A program made the position numbers and the translations under genes. Below are positions 29,034 to 39,534 of a stretch of DNA of 64,000 nucleotides, piece after piece. This stretch comes from an uncultured bacterium. GTDB lineage: Bacteria > Desulfobacterota_D > UBA1144 > Nemesobacterales > UBA2774. Within the stretch, counting starts at the first letter, position 1. Every line of letters begins with the position of its first letter. The stretch spans positions 416,001 through 480,000 of the forward strand of contig CAVPJU010000010.1 of NCBI GenBank assembly GCA_963705505.1, in the 5' to 3' direction. Under the pieces are notes generated by a model, which saw nothing but the letters and a program-made list of their open reading frames with translations, searched no databases and had not been told where the DNA came from.

Positions 29034-30275
29034 TCACTCGCCCGTTTCGGGGAATACGACCACGCTCTGGTCGAGCGGCAGCTCGTTACTGTGTATTCCC
29101 GGCTTATCCACCGGCACCACTTCGAGCGGCGTCCCTTCAAGCTCGGCTTTGTTGAACGCATCCGTCGAGGGTGCTTTCTCAATGAGACCGAAGCTGTCTA
29201 TCACATACGGGAGCCCGTTCGAGCCCATGGCCGAGGGACCTTCCGTCACGTGAAAATGGAGATGCGGAGCCGATGAGTTCCCGGTATTACCGACGATCCC
29301 CATAATCTGCCCGAGTTTTACGGTATCGCCTGTTTTAACTTTCACGCTCCCCGGTTTCAAGTGGGCGTACAGGGCATATTCCCCGCCACCGAGATCGAGC
29401 ACGATATGGTTGCCGTCGGCTTCTTCGAGCGTCATGCCGGGGGGCAGCTCCCCGGGTATCTGATCTTTGTACTTGTCCACCGCAGCTATGACTTTCGCGT
29501 CCGCCACCGCGAGCACGTTCTTTCCATAGGCGAAATAACTCTTTACGTCCTTCGGGTCTCCTACGTATATCTTTCTTTCTCCGTTTATCATCTCCCAGTC
29601 TATGGCAAAACGCTGTGCGATGCGGAGCTTGTCGCTGATCGGCATAATGGCGCGCACGTGCCTCGTCGAATCGCAGCACCCGTCCGCCGCCACCCAGCCC
29701 TTCCCTTCGAGGGGGGGCCCGATAACTATCGCGTCAGCCGGACCGACATTTACCGCGTCCGACGTGTAAGAGTATGTTTCCTCACCTTCGGGCAGGCCGG
29801 CGAATTTTAAAAACCCTGCCGGTATGCCGCCCGGAACAGTTATAGCTATTCTATGACCGATGCTGGCCGGGATTCCGCTTTCATCTTCGACCGGAAAATG
29901 AATAAAAATGACTGCCGTCTCTCCGGGAGGGAGGGCGCTGGTCTTCGATTTATCCTTTATGAGCTCGGTCCTGTCCCCAAGCTCTTTCCCTTTCAATGAA
30001 TTGAGAACATGCCCGCTTTCGTCCGTTACGTCGAGGGAGCTTATCTCCCACGTTAGGCCGGTGGCGTTTACCGCCGTGAGCTCATAGACAAGGTGATATT
30101 TGCCGTCCGAGCCCCTCACGGGATTGGGGGCGTCGAGCACGGATAGGAGAATAGGGGTGAACAAGGGACTTTGCCCTGCAGGAGTCTCGGCTAACGCCCG
30201 TATGCCGGCGCCGAGAGCAAGAGCGCCTATGATCATTACAGATATGAAAAAACGAGCATGGTGTGAATTAATCAT
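29034..30275 (-). CDS. Exported M23-family metallopeptidase
   Basis: Signal peptide; RFAIDW, YAHL, GNTGNS.APHLHF; start uncertain. Confidence 0.88.
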   Translation of the reverse strand: MINSHHARFFISVMIIGALALGAGIRALAETPAGQSPLFTPILLSVLDAPNPVRGSDGKYHLVYELTAVNATGLTWEISSLDVTDESGHVLNSLKGKELGDRTELIKDKSKTSALPPGETAVIFIHFPVEDESGIPASIGHRIAITVPGGIPAGFLKFAGLPEGEETYSYTSDAVNVGPADAIVIGPPLEGKGWVAADGCCDSTRHVRAIMPISDKLRIAQRFAIDWEMINGERKIYVGDPKDVKSYFAYGKNVLAVADAKVIAAVDKYKDQIPGELPPGMTLEEADGNHIVLDLGGGEYALYAHLKPGSVKVKTGDTVKLGQIMGIVGNTGNSSAPHLHFHVTEGPSAMGSNGLPYVIDSFGLIEKAPSTDAFNKAELEGTPLEVVPVDKPGIHSNELPLDQSVVVFPETGE

Positions 30276-30464
30276 TTGATATAGCCCTCCGGGAAGCTTA
30301 TTCAGAAATATGAAATACATAGTATCATCATTATTACTTTTGTAATAGTTGATTTCTTACGTTGATTCGGTCTGATGTGTACTAGAAGCGTCCGCCCAGA
30401 CCATTTTTTTAGAGTGAAATAAACTTTAACGAATTATGTATAACGGACATCATGCTGAGAACTT

Positions 30465-30507
30465 AAAAAAGCGGGAATATTCCATTGAGTTATGGATATA
30501 TTCCCGC
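30465..30507 (-). terminator. Intrinsic terminator
   Basis: gcgggaatat...atattcccgc stem with A6 on the + strand (U-tail on the - strand). Confidence 0.75.
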
Positions 30508-30590
30508 AATCTCAAGGGCATCTTGAGTCCAATTCCTGAACAGAAGCAACGATTTGAGGCTAAGTTATTTACATAGCTAGCGACAAATAT

Positions 30591-31142
30591 TCACTGCTGC
30601 GCGCGCGTAAAGGTGAAAGTGCTGACTTCCTTTTCCTTTCCGTTCTGAAAAGAAGTCCACTCCTGAACCATATTGTTATTGTCCTTGAACTCGAAGCTCA
30701 CGTCGTGCATGTACGCGTCTTTCGTCGGGTTCATGTTCGTGCCGTTCGTAAAGACGAGGTCAATTTCATTTCCGGTCGAGTCTTCGAGGGTGAGGTGAGG
30801 CTGGTTGTCCATGGCACAGTAATGCGTCATGCCCAATTTCCCGTTTTCATCGTAATATACGGACACCATTTCGTGAGGAGTACCGGGGAAAAGTGTCTCC
30901 ACCACGATGCTGCCGTTTGAAGACGTTTTGTAAATAACAGTGACGGGCATCTCTTTGCCTTCCATCACGGTCGTACCCTGCCAAGTGCCGGCAAGAGTCT
31001 TTAGCTTCTCTAGCTCCTTTGAACCTGTAACGGGACTCATGTGATGCTCGCCCTGCCCGCCCGTTTGGTCAGCATACGTCCACCCCGAAAAGGACAAGAG
31101 CGTTAATGCGGTTAAAACCGCCAGAGTTGATAAATATCTCAT
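30591..31142 (-). CDS. Exported hypothetical beta-barrel-like protein
   Basis: GGAGG SD; signal peptide ending TYA; GTW.G, M.SVY and THYC...NQP. Confidence 0.8.
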   Translation of the reverse strand: MRYLSTLAVLTALTLLSFSGWTYADQTGGQGEHHMSPVTGSKELEKLKTLAGTWQGTTVMEGKEMPVTVIYKTSSNGSIVVETLFPGTPHEMVSVYYDENGKLGMTHYCAMDNQPHLTLEDSTGNEIDLVFTNGTNMNPTKDAYMHDVSFEFKDNNNMVQEWTSFQNGKEKEVSTFTFTRAQQ

Positions 31143-31207
31143 TTCAAGCCTCCCATGAAATAATTAATGTATGTACATGCATATATATTAACAGATACCA
31201 ACCGCAT

Positions 31208-31273
31208 TCATGCAAACAATTTCTCAAGATTGTTAAGACAGACCGTCCATCCCTTCCTGTGGTCCTCGCCCGC
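31208..31273 (-). repeat. Duplicated 3' end of the SRPBCC gene (remnant copy)
   Basis: 43 identical nt at 31220-31262 and 32482-32524; both encode HRKGWTVCLNNLEK and end .FA-stop. Confidence 0.9.
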
Positions 31274-31287
31274 TTTCACTGTGCCGT

Positions 31288-31623
31288 CTATTTCATTCTG
31301 GATCTCAGCGTGATGAAGCAGCGCGCATGTCTCGATGCAAGGAATAATAGCGACGACGCACACAGGATCACGACCACCATCCGCAGCGACGACGCGGTCG
31401 ATACCGAAATCCCGACTCCGGTTCCCAACGCAACGTAAGCCGCAAGACAGATTGGACATTTTGGCAGGAGCGCAAGCACTGCGCCCGGAACGACCCATCC
31501 GGCTATGCCCAGAAAACGCTGAAAGAACGCCGGCGGGCGCGTGCCGCCGCTCGCGGTCTGCGTCGCAGTCGTCTCGCGGTGCGAGCTGCTCAATGGGACT
31601 CCGCAACAATGACGAGAGCTCAC
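31288..31623 (-). CDS. Small membrane protein accompanying DUF899
   Basis: GTGA overlap with the DUF899 stop; [18 protein letters not shown] motif. Confidence 0.7.
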   Translation of the reverse strand: MSSRHCCGVPLSSSHRETTATQTASGGTRPPAFFQRFLGIAGWVVPGAVLALLPKCPICLAAYVALGTGVGISVSTASSLRMVVVILCASSLLFLASRHARCFITLRSRMK

Positions 31624-32414
31624 GAGTGTCCCTCTTCCGAATGGCATGATGATTCCGAACCCTTAGGAGGCTGCTCCTTCGGGTCGACGATGTAGTCGTT
31701 ACCGTACCTATCGTGGTGGCGAACCCACGCCATCGTAAATGCCAGGGCGTCTTCGTCGCGGCCCTTCGGCACAAGGTCGAGATAGTTGTAGGTACCCATC
31801 AGCATGTCGAGCCCTCTCGTGTAAGTGGAGTACGTATGGAAGACTTCGCCATTCTCATTCCTGCAGAAAACGCTGATACCGGGGGCTTCCTCGCTCGGGA
31901 ATTCCTGCAATTCGTAGTTGTAGTACACCTTACCATTCTTCAATTCATTTTTGGCGAACGACACGTGATAGTCGTAATTGAAGTCGTTCCCGTATGACGA
32001 CACCCATTTGAAGCGCCAGCCCATGCGCTTCTTGAACGCCTGCAGCTCCGTGAGCGGCGCTCTCGATACGACGACCATGGAGACATCACGTGCGTTCAGA
32101 TGCACGGTCATTCCGTCGAAGTGGTCGGCCACGAACGAGCAGCTTTTGCAACCCTCTTCCCATCCTGGGCCGAACATGAAGTGGTACACGATCAGCTGAC
32201 GCTTGCCCTCGAATAGATCGGCGAGGGTCTCTTTTCCCTCGGGTCCGTCGAAGATATACGGCTTTTCGACCTTGACCCAGGGCAGCTCACGGCGTTGGGC
32301 GCTCAACTTGTCGCGCAGCCGCGTGAACTGTTTCTCCTTCTTCAGGAGCTCCTTACGAGCCGCTAGCCATTCTTCCGAGGAAACGATTATATGCTCCGGT
32401 GTACGGTTTTTCAT
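31620..32414 (-). CDS. DUF899 thioredoxin-like protein
   Basis: EWL.AR..LL.KEK, RRELPW, YHFMF, C.SCS, HTYS...RG, PKGRDE. Confidence 0.93.
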   Translation of the reverse strand: MKNRTPEHIIVSSEEWLAARKELLKKEKQFTRLRDKLSAQRRELPWVKVEKPYIFDGPEGKETLADLFEGKRQLIVYHFMFGPGWEEGCKSCSFVADHFDGMTVHLNARDVSMVVVSRAPLTELQAFKKRMGWRFKWVSSYGNDFNYDYHVSFAKNELKNGKVYYNYELQEFPSEEAPGISVFCRNENGEVFHTYSTYTRGLDMLMGTYNYLDLVPKGRDEDALAFTMAWVRHHDRYGNDYIVDPKEQPPKGSESSCHSEEGHS

Positions 32415-32469
32415 TGTTTATTACCTCCTCATCACTATGATTTTATTTCGTTTTATTAATACAATCTCT

Positions 32470-32889
32470 TCACGCAAATATTTTCTCAAGATTGTTAAGA
32501 CAGACCGTCCATCCCTTCCTGTGGCTCTTGCGCGCCTCGTCTGTCGGTAAAAATTCATGCTCGAGCGTTATTTCGGTCCCGTCCGCAATTTTACGGAAAT
32601 GAATTGTGACGACCGTATCCTGCACGAAAGCCGAGTTCCAGGTAAAGACAAGTTTTTCGGGCGGCGCAATAATCTTATATTCACCCGTGTGCTTATATTC
32701 TTTACCATCAGTCGCAATCATATTTAAGAAATATTTACCTCCGATCTCCAATGTATTGGATACTTCGACAGACCAGTCCTCTACCCCGAAGAACCATTCC
32801 GCCATGATCTCAGGATTAGTAAACGCCTCGAACACCTCTTCGGGAGCCGCTTTTATAACCTTCGTAACTACTACCTTGCTTTCGCTCAT
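32470..32889 (-). CDS. SRPBCC/AHSA1 domain protein
   Basis: A..E.VF.A.T.P....W, G.Y....PP.KLVFTW, H..GW...L..L. Confidence 0.9.
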   Translation of the reverse strand: MSESKVVVTKVIKAAPEEVFEAFTNPEIMAEWFFGVEDWSVEVSNTLEIGGKYFLNMIATDGKEYKHTGEYKIIAPPEKLVFTWNSAFVQDTVVTIHFRKIADGTEITLEHEFLPTDEARKSHRKGWTVCLNNLEKIFA

Positions 32890-33236
32890 TTCACACGCTC
32901 CTTTGTTTTTTTCCGTCCTTCGAAATATTTATCCAGAGCATCGAGCCTCTCTCCCCAAAAACGGCCGTATTCCTTTATCAAGTCCGAGACACGATCGAGC
33001 GGTTCTATATTGGCGCGGCAGTGTTTTATACGGCCCTCTTTTTCCTGAACGACGAGTCCCGATCTGACAAGCACCTGAATGTGCTTGGATACGGCCTGAA
33101 GAGACATGTCGTATTTTGCCGCAAGCTCGTTCACGGTCAGGTCTTTTTTGGCGAGCTGCATTACGATGCCCCTCCGCGTGGAGTTCGCAAGAGCATGAAG
33201 GATCGAATCCAAATTGTCACTCTGATATTCAACCAT
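32886..33236 (-). CDS. ArsR/SmtB family transcriptional regulator
   Basis: ALA..TRR.I, V.ELA....S..AVSKH..VL...GLV...K.GR, W..RLD.L. Confidence 0.92.
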   Translation of the reverse strand: MVEYQSDNLDSILHALANSTRRGIVMQLAKKDLTVNELAAKYDMSLQAVSKHIQVLVRSGLVVQEKEGRIKHCRANIEPLDRVSDLIKEYGRFWGERLDALDKYFEGRKKTKERVK

Positions 33237-33283
33237 ATAGTTGATTATAACAAATAACCACAAATTGTCAACTGGTCGGTTGA
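33229..33283. promoter_or_regulatory. Two TCAAC-N6-GTTGA palindromes, putative ArsR operator sites
   Basis: TCAACCATATAGTTGA at 33229-33244 (over the ATG) and TCAACTGGTCGGTTGA at 33268-33283. Confidence 0.7.
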
Positions 33284-33484
33284 ATATAAGCACATTAAGG
33301 GGAATTTTTGATATTCCGATAATTGGCGATTCCTGCTCTTTATGAGGCTGTTAACTTATGTATAATTCCTCAAGAATATCCGCGCGGGACGCACCGGATA
33401 TAAATCGTGGATTATAGCGGGATTCCTTCAGCAATTATGACTGTCGGGAAAGCCAAGCCCTCAGAGCGCCTGTAATCGGATATA

Positions 33485-34339
33485 ATGAATCTTTTAAGAG
33501 ACCGCAAATCGAGACTCCTGATTTTGACCCTGGCCCTATTTACCGCGCTCCACACAGGCAGCGGGCGGGCCGCAGAATCGGCAGAATCCGCTGCGATCAC
33601 CGAATCTATCGGGACATACACGGCAGGATGTATCAGGAACTCAGCGGCGATCCCGCTTAACGGCGAGGGTTTTCAGGTCATAAGGCTCTGGAGGGAAAGA
33701 TACTACGCTAACCCGGAGATGATTAACTATATCATTTGGCTCGGAAAGATGGTGAAGGAACAGCTGAATGCGATAGTTCTGATAGGGGACGTCGCACAAA
33801 GGACCGGCGGGCCGATGTATGACGAGCATGGCAGTCACCAGATCGGACTCGACGCCGATATACTTTACTGGCAGCACCCGATAGCGATAAAGAGAGAGCT
33901 TACGACTATAGAGAGGGCGCATATCTTCCCGCAGTCCGTTCTGAACGAGGATGAAACCGGCATAGACGAGTTCAAATGGAACGTCAAGATCGGGGAAATA
34001 ATAAAAATCGCTGCTTCTGATAAAATGGTGGACCGGATATTCGTAAATCCATTCATCAAGAAGAGACTCTGCAAAACTTATCCCGACGAGACCTGGCTTG
34101 CTAAAGTACGCCCCTGGTACGGCCATGACGGGCATTTCCATGTCCGCCTGAAATGCCCTCCCGAAAGCCTCTTATGCCAACCCCAGGAGCCGATAAACAT
34201 GTTCGACGACGGATGCGGGAGTGAGCTTGACGGCTGGTTCAGGGCCGACGGGAGGATAAAATCACAGCCGAGCACAGGGAAAACTCCTCATCCGAAGCTT
34301 CCGGACGAATGCATCCCCATACTCAACGGGCTCTATTAA
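33485..34339 (+). CDS. mepA: Penicillin-insensitive murein endopeptidase
   Basis: SIG.Y..GC, GD.....GG, H.SHQ.GLDADI, RIFVNP.IK..LC, K.RPWYGHD.HFHVRL.CP. Confidence 0.92.
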   Translation: MNLLRDRKSRLLILTLALFTALHTGSGRAAESAESAAITESIGTYTAGCIRNSAAIPLNGEGFQVIRLWRERYYANPEMINYIIWLGKMVKEQLNAIVLIGDVAQRTGGPMYDEHGSHQIGLDADILYWQHPIAIKRELTTIERAHIFPQSVLNEDETGIDEFKWNVKIGEIIKIAASDKMVDRIFVNPFIKKRLCKTYPDETWLAKVRPWYGHDGHFHVRLKCPPESLLCQPQEPINMFDDGCGSELDGWFRADGRIKSQPSTGKTPHPKLPDECIPILNGLY

Positions 34340-34431
34340 CCATGACTATAAGGATTTAATAAAGTCGGTTAAGACTCCGGCAATACGCTCTGTAATACAC
34401 TGCTGCTCGGGTTTATAAACCCGGGACGATT

Positions 34432-34779
34432 TTACTCGCGGGCGGCGAGCCCCTTAAAAAATAACGGAAACGACCAGCACAGGAGAAAGCTCAGCGCGAG
34501 TCCCGCCGTGTTAGCCATGGCGTCATAAACCGATGAATCTCTTCCGGGTATGTATAGCTGGAAAAACTCTAGTGCTATTCCCAGGAGGAACATAAATATA
34601 AAAAGGATAACTCTTTTATTCAGGGTCTCTACAGATATGTACGCCAGAACCCCCATAACGCAGTATGCGGCTGTGTGGGCAACCTTGTCCAGATAGCTCA
34701 CTCCCCCCGCGGCGGATACGGGGATCACACTGAGAAATATCACCATCAGCATATAAGATATGTATATGACCTGGAGCAT
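34432..34779 (-). CDS. VanZ-like family membrane protein
   Basis: DKVAH...Y and E..Q..IPGR.....D..AN..G motifs. Confidence 0.87.
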   Translation of the reverse strand: MLQVIYISYMLMVIFLSVIPVSAAGGVSYLDKVAHTAAYCVMGVLAYISVETLNKRVILFIFMFLLGIALEFFQLYIPGRDSSVYDAMANTAGLALSFLLCWSFPLFFKGLAARE

Positions 34780-35540
34780 GGATAGCCGATTAACCTAACT
34801 GAGAGGCCGTTATTATACACGACGTATTTCGTGGGCTCGTCATCTTCTCCGGATATTACCTTAGTTCTTCGAGTTTAACCCGACCGAGTCTTTCCCGCGG
34901 CAATTAACGACGGCCCGGCATTCCTTCCCCTCCGATTAAATACCGCCGTCCGGGAATCGAGAGAAACATTTTTATGAGTATGCTGCAGTTCGATCATTTT
35001 TATCAAGTGTCCTCAGCGTGCTTCGGCAGATTTTTATCAACATACCTGATAAGATTGCCATTTTCCTCAAACATGACATCAGATTAATGAACGCAAGTTC
35101 AAAAACTGCTTTAGGAATCAACGGGGCCAGTTCACTTACGGAATTCCCAAGCCAGGACTCGCAGGTGAAATATAATAAAACGCTCTAGCGAGGAAGGCCG
35201 AAAAGATATTTTGCCTTCGTAACCCTCAGTAAAAATACAAGTTTCTCCATTTATTTAAAGGAATACTTGAAGAATAACAAATAACTTGCTATAATGAAAG
35301 CGAAACCAGATGAGGCTTGGTTTGAACACCCTCTTCCAATCCCACCAAAATTCAAACCAAGCCTTTCTTTTGTCCGTTCAAAAAAAATTGAGCAATCGGT
35401 CAATTGCCCCCTCTTTACTCTTAGCTTTACCGGACGTAATTCTATAGGCGGCAGAAGCGGATGAGCAAAAACCTTTTCTTTTTCTATCACAATTAAAGTA
35501 TCGATGCCGAGGGACGACTGAGCTGAATTAACAATATTTA

Positions 35541-36494
35541 TTAAAAAAGATGAAGGAGCGAATACGCGCGGTTCTTTACCGATCTTATCAATTCAGATCT
35601 CGAAAGGGCATAGAACCGGGACTCCACGAATATATCCGCAAGGGCAGACCAGGATATCTCCGGCATTGCGCATAGGTAAACAGGCGTCCAATCGGGACGA
35701 AACTTATTTTTGAATCTAAAAAGATTCTTATAATTGTATGCATACTTAAGAATATGCCCGGTACCGAAAAGCAATTTTTCTTTCATGCGCTGTTCGGAAG
35801 AGCAAGAGACGGATGCCGCACCGGCGCCGGATACGAACGGCACCTCGCCCATACTGAATTTTTTGAAACCCTCTTCCCTGAGAATATCCATTATCCCGAC
35901 GAATAGCGCCTCCATGACCCCGGACGGAGCTTCTTTGTCCCTCAATATCATCTCGGTATGGGCGCTGAAATCAGAAGATGTCGAGACAGTGACTACCCCG
36001 AGCCATCTGTCCTCCCGCGTACGGTACACGAAGCACCTCGTCAGAGGATCGAATCCTGTATAAAAGAGGTAACGCAATTGAGGCTTCGAGCCGTGGGCGG
36101 AAAAGGACTTAAAACGAGAGACCCTTTTTTCGTACGATTCGGAAAACGGTATTTCCTCCACCCTGCCCCACCTCATGCCCCTCTTCGCAAGCCCTCTTAC
36201 CGAAGAAAGCGTTTCCCGAAGATTCGTTAAATTTATCAGAGCATCGGCTCCGGTCCTGACCGCTACGAACCCCTTGCGCACGAGGAACTCCGCAATTTCA
36301 CTGCTGCATCCCCGAATAATTATATCCATGCCGAACCTCTCCGTCAGCTCGGCATGGACATCTTCGAACGCGAAATTATTCGGTATCTCGGCTGAATGGA
36401 CCCACCTGAGTCCTGAAAGTGGGAGTCTTACAGTCTCGAATCTGGGGTGTGTAATATCGCTCCTGAGCCAGCTGAGTGGTATCGTCTCTATCAA
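35541..36494 (-). CDS. Aminoacyl-phosphatidylglycerol synthase C-terminal-like (DUF2156) domain protein
   Basis: R...AP.G.ME.L, S.G.VP and YNY..L..FK.KF.P.W.P.YL; no flippase domain. Confidence 0.8.
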   Translation of the reverse strand: MIETIPLSWLRSDITHPRFETVRLPLSGLRWVHSAEIPNNFAFEDVHAELTERFGMDIIIRGCSSEIAEFLVRKGFVAVRTGADALINLTNLRETLSSVRGLAKRGMRWGRVEEIPFSESYEKRVSRFKSFSAHGSKPQLRYLFYTGFDPLTRCFVYRTREDRWLGVVTVSTSSDFSAHTEMILRDKEAPSGVMEALFVGIMDILREEGFKKFSMGEVPFVSGAGAASVSCSSEQRMKEKLLFGTGHILKYAYNYKNLFRFKNKFRPDWTPVYLCAMPEISWSALADIFVESRFYALSRSELIRSVKNRAYSLLHLF

Positions 36495-36703
36495 TGTATC
36501 GCCGCCGCAAAAAATATATAAAATCTTACATTATAAGATTAAGCATATAAACCCTGAATCGAAGCATATCATCATATATCGGACATACGCACTAGTAGTA
36601 TAGGGTCCCGGAATTTCGTCATTGGATTATTAAATCGATGCTATATAATTGATATATCGGCCATGAGAATAAGCCGTGGATTGATAACACTGGAGGAATC
36701 AGG

Positions 36704-37249
36704 ATGATAAATAAGTCTATAACATTTTCACTTGCCGTGCCGGCACTAATCGTATTGACCATGCTCGTAAGCAGTCTCGAGAGCGACACATCTCTTGCTG
36801 GAGATACTTATGACAACCCCTACGCATACTGCAAATCAGTGGGGACCATAGATTCACCCGGGGCTGCATATACGGGGCCCGCAGTCCCCGAATCTATCGC
36901 AAAGGCGCTCAAAAAGGCGTGGGGCTCGCCCGAATCAGCACCGCTCGACACATTCATAAGGGGAACATACTGGCGCTGTATGGACGGTAAAGTCTATGCC
37001 TGCAACGTAGGGGCGAACATACCGTGCGAGGAAAAGGCGGACGTGAGCAAGGAACCGACACAAGGAATGAAAGATTACTGCAAGGAGAATCCCGGCTCCG
37101 ATTTTATACCCATGTATGTAACCGGCCACTCCACCATTTATGAATGGATGTGCGACGGCACCACTCCCGTTGCTGGAAAACAGTTCGGAGAAGTCGATAA
37201 GCAGGGGTATCAGAAGGGAATGTGGTACGAGATCAGCCCGGCTGAATAA
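36704..37249 (+). CDS. Exported Cys-containing hypothetical protein
   Basis: GGAGG SD; signal peptide; six Cys including WRCMDG and VGANIPC. Confidence 0.75.
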   Translation: MINKSITFSLAVPALIVLTMLVSSLESDTSLAGDTYDNPYAYCKSVGTIDSPGAAYTGPAVPESIAKALKKAWGSPESAPLDTFIRGTYWRCMDGKVYACNVGANIPCEEKADVSKEPTQGMKDYCKENPGSDFIPMYVTGHSTIYEWMCDGTTPVAGKQFGEVDKQGYQKGMWYEISPAE

Positions 37250-37307
37250 GTCCGGAAATATTACACTTCGGATAACTCCCGATTATCGGGGGCTCAGGCC
37301 CGAAGCC

Positions 37308-38402
37308 TCAGCGCCTGCCGCCCGATATGAATACTTCTTCTTTCGGGAATTGCTTAATGACTTTCTCCGGCACCCCAAAAACGATCGAAGCGACATCGGG
37401 GGGCGTATCGGCTATCCACTCCGATATGCTTATCTCCTGATAGACACCGTTATCGAATACGAGTAAAATCTCGGCCTCGTCCGCACCCGTGTTCTCGATA
37501 TAATGTCCGCACCCCATGGGAATATAAAATACCTGACCGGGTCCGATCACCTTAGTGAGCGAGCCCGCGTCCGCTGCGAACAGCGTGACCCTTATCTTGC
37601 CATTTAATAAATATCCCCATTCGTTTGAATTCGGATGCCAGTGCATTTCCCTGAGCGCGCCCGGCTTGAGACTCATCAACGCCCCCGCCATCTTATCCGA
37701 GACCGGGAAGTTGTCCACGGTGGCCATCTTGACCGTCCCGCCCGGATAAGCCTTCCCTTCCTGCGCCTTGAGAGGGAACTTGTGGCTTAGCCTGGCTGTA
37801 TTCTGCGCCCCCGTGCGCCCCAGGGACTTTTGCGACGGTGGTTTTCCGAAAGCCATGTACACCTCTTTCTTCGGGAACCTGCCGAAGGTCTTTTTCGGAA
37901 GGCCGAAATTTTTAGCCAGCACGTCTTTGGGAGTCTGCGCGATCCACTCGGTAACGCTGAACGTACTGAACTCGTTGAAAGCGCCGTTATTGAAAGTAAG
38001 GATGAAATGGCATTCGCCCTTTCCGATGCTTTCAATATAATGAGCGTGCCCCTGCGGCACAAAGAATATATCTCCGGGACCGTATTCCTCAGTGTCCCAC
38101 TGTCCCTCGGGATTGACGACCGTCACCCTCGCATTACCCGCAACGAAATAACCCCACTCTGCCGCTATCGCGTGCCAGTGAAGCTCTCTGATGCCGCCCG
38201 GTTTCAGGCGCATGGAAACGCCCGCAATTCCCTTCGATATGGGGAGCTCCCTAACGGAGACCTCTTTCGAGCTTCCGCCCTTCCAGACCGCGGGCTTTTG
38301 TCCCTCGAGGTCGTATTTGAACTGCAGCTGATTTTCTTTAGAGGATTTCTTATCCGGGTTACCGTTAATCTTCTTAGACTTTGCCTTTGCCGACTTTGCC
38401 AT
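37308..38402 (-). CDS. Oxalate decarboxylase-family Mn bicupin
   Basis: Two cupin motifs, RELHWH..AAEW and REMHWHP...EW, each with a downstream HYIE. Confidence 0.9.
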   Translation of the reverse strand: MAKSAKAKSKKINGNPDKKSSKENQLQFKYDLEGQKPAVWKGGSSKEVSVRELPISKGIAGVSMRLKPGGIRELHWHAIAAEWGYFVAGNARVTVVNPEGQWDTEEYGPGDIFFVPQGHAHYIESIGKGECHFILTFNNGAFNEFSTFSVTEWIAQTPKDVLAKNFGLPKKTFGRFPKKEVYMAFGKPPSQKSLGRTGAQNTARLSHKFPLKAQEGKAYPGGTVKMATVDNFPVSDKMAGALMSLKPGALREMHWHPNSNEWGYLLNGKIRVTLFAADAGSLTKVIGPGQVFYIPMGCGHYIENTGADEAEILLVFDNGVYQEISISEWIADTPPDVASIVFGVPEKVIKQFPKEEVFISGGRR

Positions 38403-38594
38403 TATTTACGACCTCCGGGTTTGAGAATAGCTTTATACCGCAAATTATATTATCAATTGAGAGAATTGGACATGAGGTTTGAACAATTGCCTGCCGGACT
38501 GAGCTCCCGAATGGGAAGAATCGCACTGAAGCAGAATACGGTATAATACGGCCGTATCCGGCTGCATAACGTAATACGAGATTTCTAAGCGATC

Positions 38595-39438
38595 ATGGAT
38601 GAGAAAATCACGGAACAATCTATAATTGCGCATTTGCCTCAGGCATGGAAGCCTCGCCACCGTGACGACCTGGTAAGGCTCGGATCGAGGGCTGACGGCG
38701 GATACGTCGTAACGGAAAGCGCCATTCGGAATACCGATCTACTCATCGGCCTTGGTGTCGCGGACAATTGGACTTTCGAAAAGGACTTTCACCAAAGGTC
38801 GGGGGGCGAAGTACATTGCTACGATCATACAGTGGGTATCCGCTCACTTCCTGAAATCGGCTGTTCAACATTTAAAAACCGTTTTCCGGAAACCGGGCGC
38901 GATAAGCATTCATCAATTAATCTTACCGCTGAAATATAAAAGATTTTTTTCCGGCAAAAAGAAGCATTTCATGGAAAAAGTCGGAAATGACCCCGAGAAC
39001 AGCTCGGATTTCAGGAAAATATTCTCGAGGGTGCCGGAGGGAGTCCGGGTATATATAAAAATGGATATCGAAGGCGGGGAATACAGGGTACTTTCCGGAC
39101 TTAAAGAGTACTACGGGAGAATAACCGGGCTTGTAATAGAATTCCATTTTATGATTTTTATGTACGATGTCATCTATAACCGTATAAGCGAACTCAAACG
39201 ATACTTTAATATCGTGCACATACATGCTAACAACCTCGGCGGGATCGACAGGCGCGGAATGCCTATGACTATCGAGGTGACCTTCGAAAATAAGCGTCTC
39301 TTCTCAGGCCGAAATATGGAATCGGAGAGGGAATACCCGGTAGAGAGTCTCGATTACGCAAACTATATAGGCTTTAGGGATTACAAGCTTGAATTCGGGG
39401 ACTCAACCTTTCAGGCCGTCTTCAATATCTCGGGCTAA
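38595..39438 (+). CDS. FkbM/Methyltransf_22-like SAM methyltransferase (+1 frameshift near 38835)
   Basis: L.RLG...DGGYV, G....WTFE, KMDIEG.EY, IEFH, H.H.NN split across two frames. Confidence 0.8.
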
Positions 39439-39534
39439 TGAACGGCGATACGATAAGGCGCTCTTACTTCCCGGCTCACTCGTCGATATCGCATGCGTCG
39501 ATCAGAGCACAGGTGTTTTTGATTAGACGCCCGT

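Noticed and set aside
31208..31774. 188-aa minus-strand ORF
   Set aside because: It is an off-frame read through the DUF899 and partner genes that ends in the duplicated SRPBCC tail
34780..35540. 760-bp gap with ORF 35251-35490 and a hairpin near 35195-35220
   Set aside because: No SD, motif or recognisable RNA family; I cannot support a call, though an Rfam scan is reasonable
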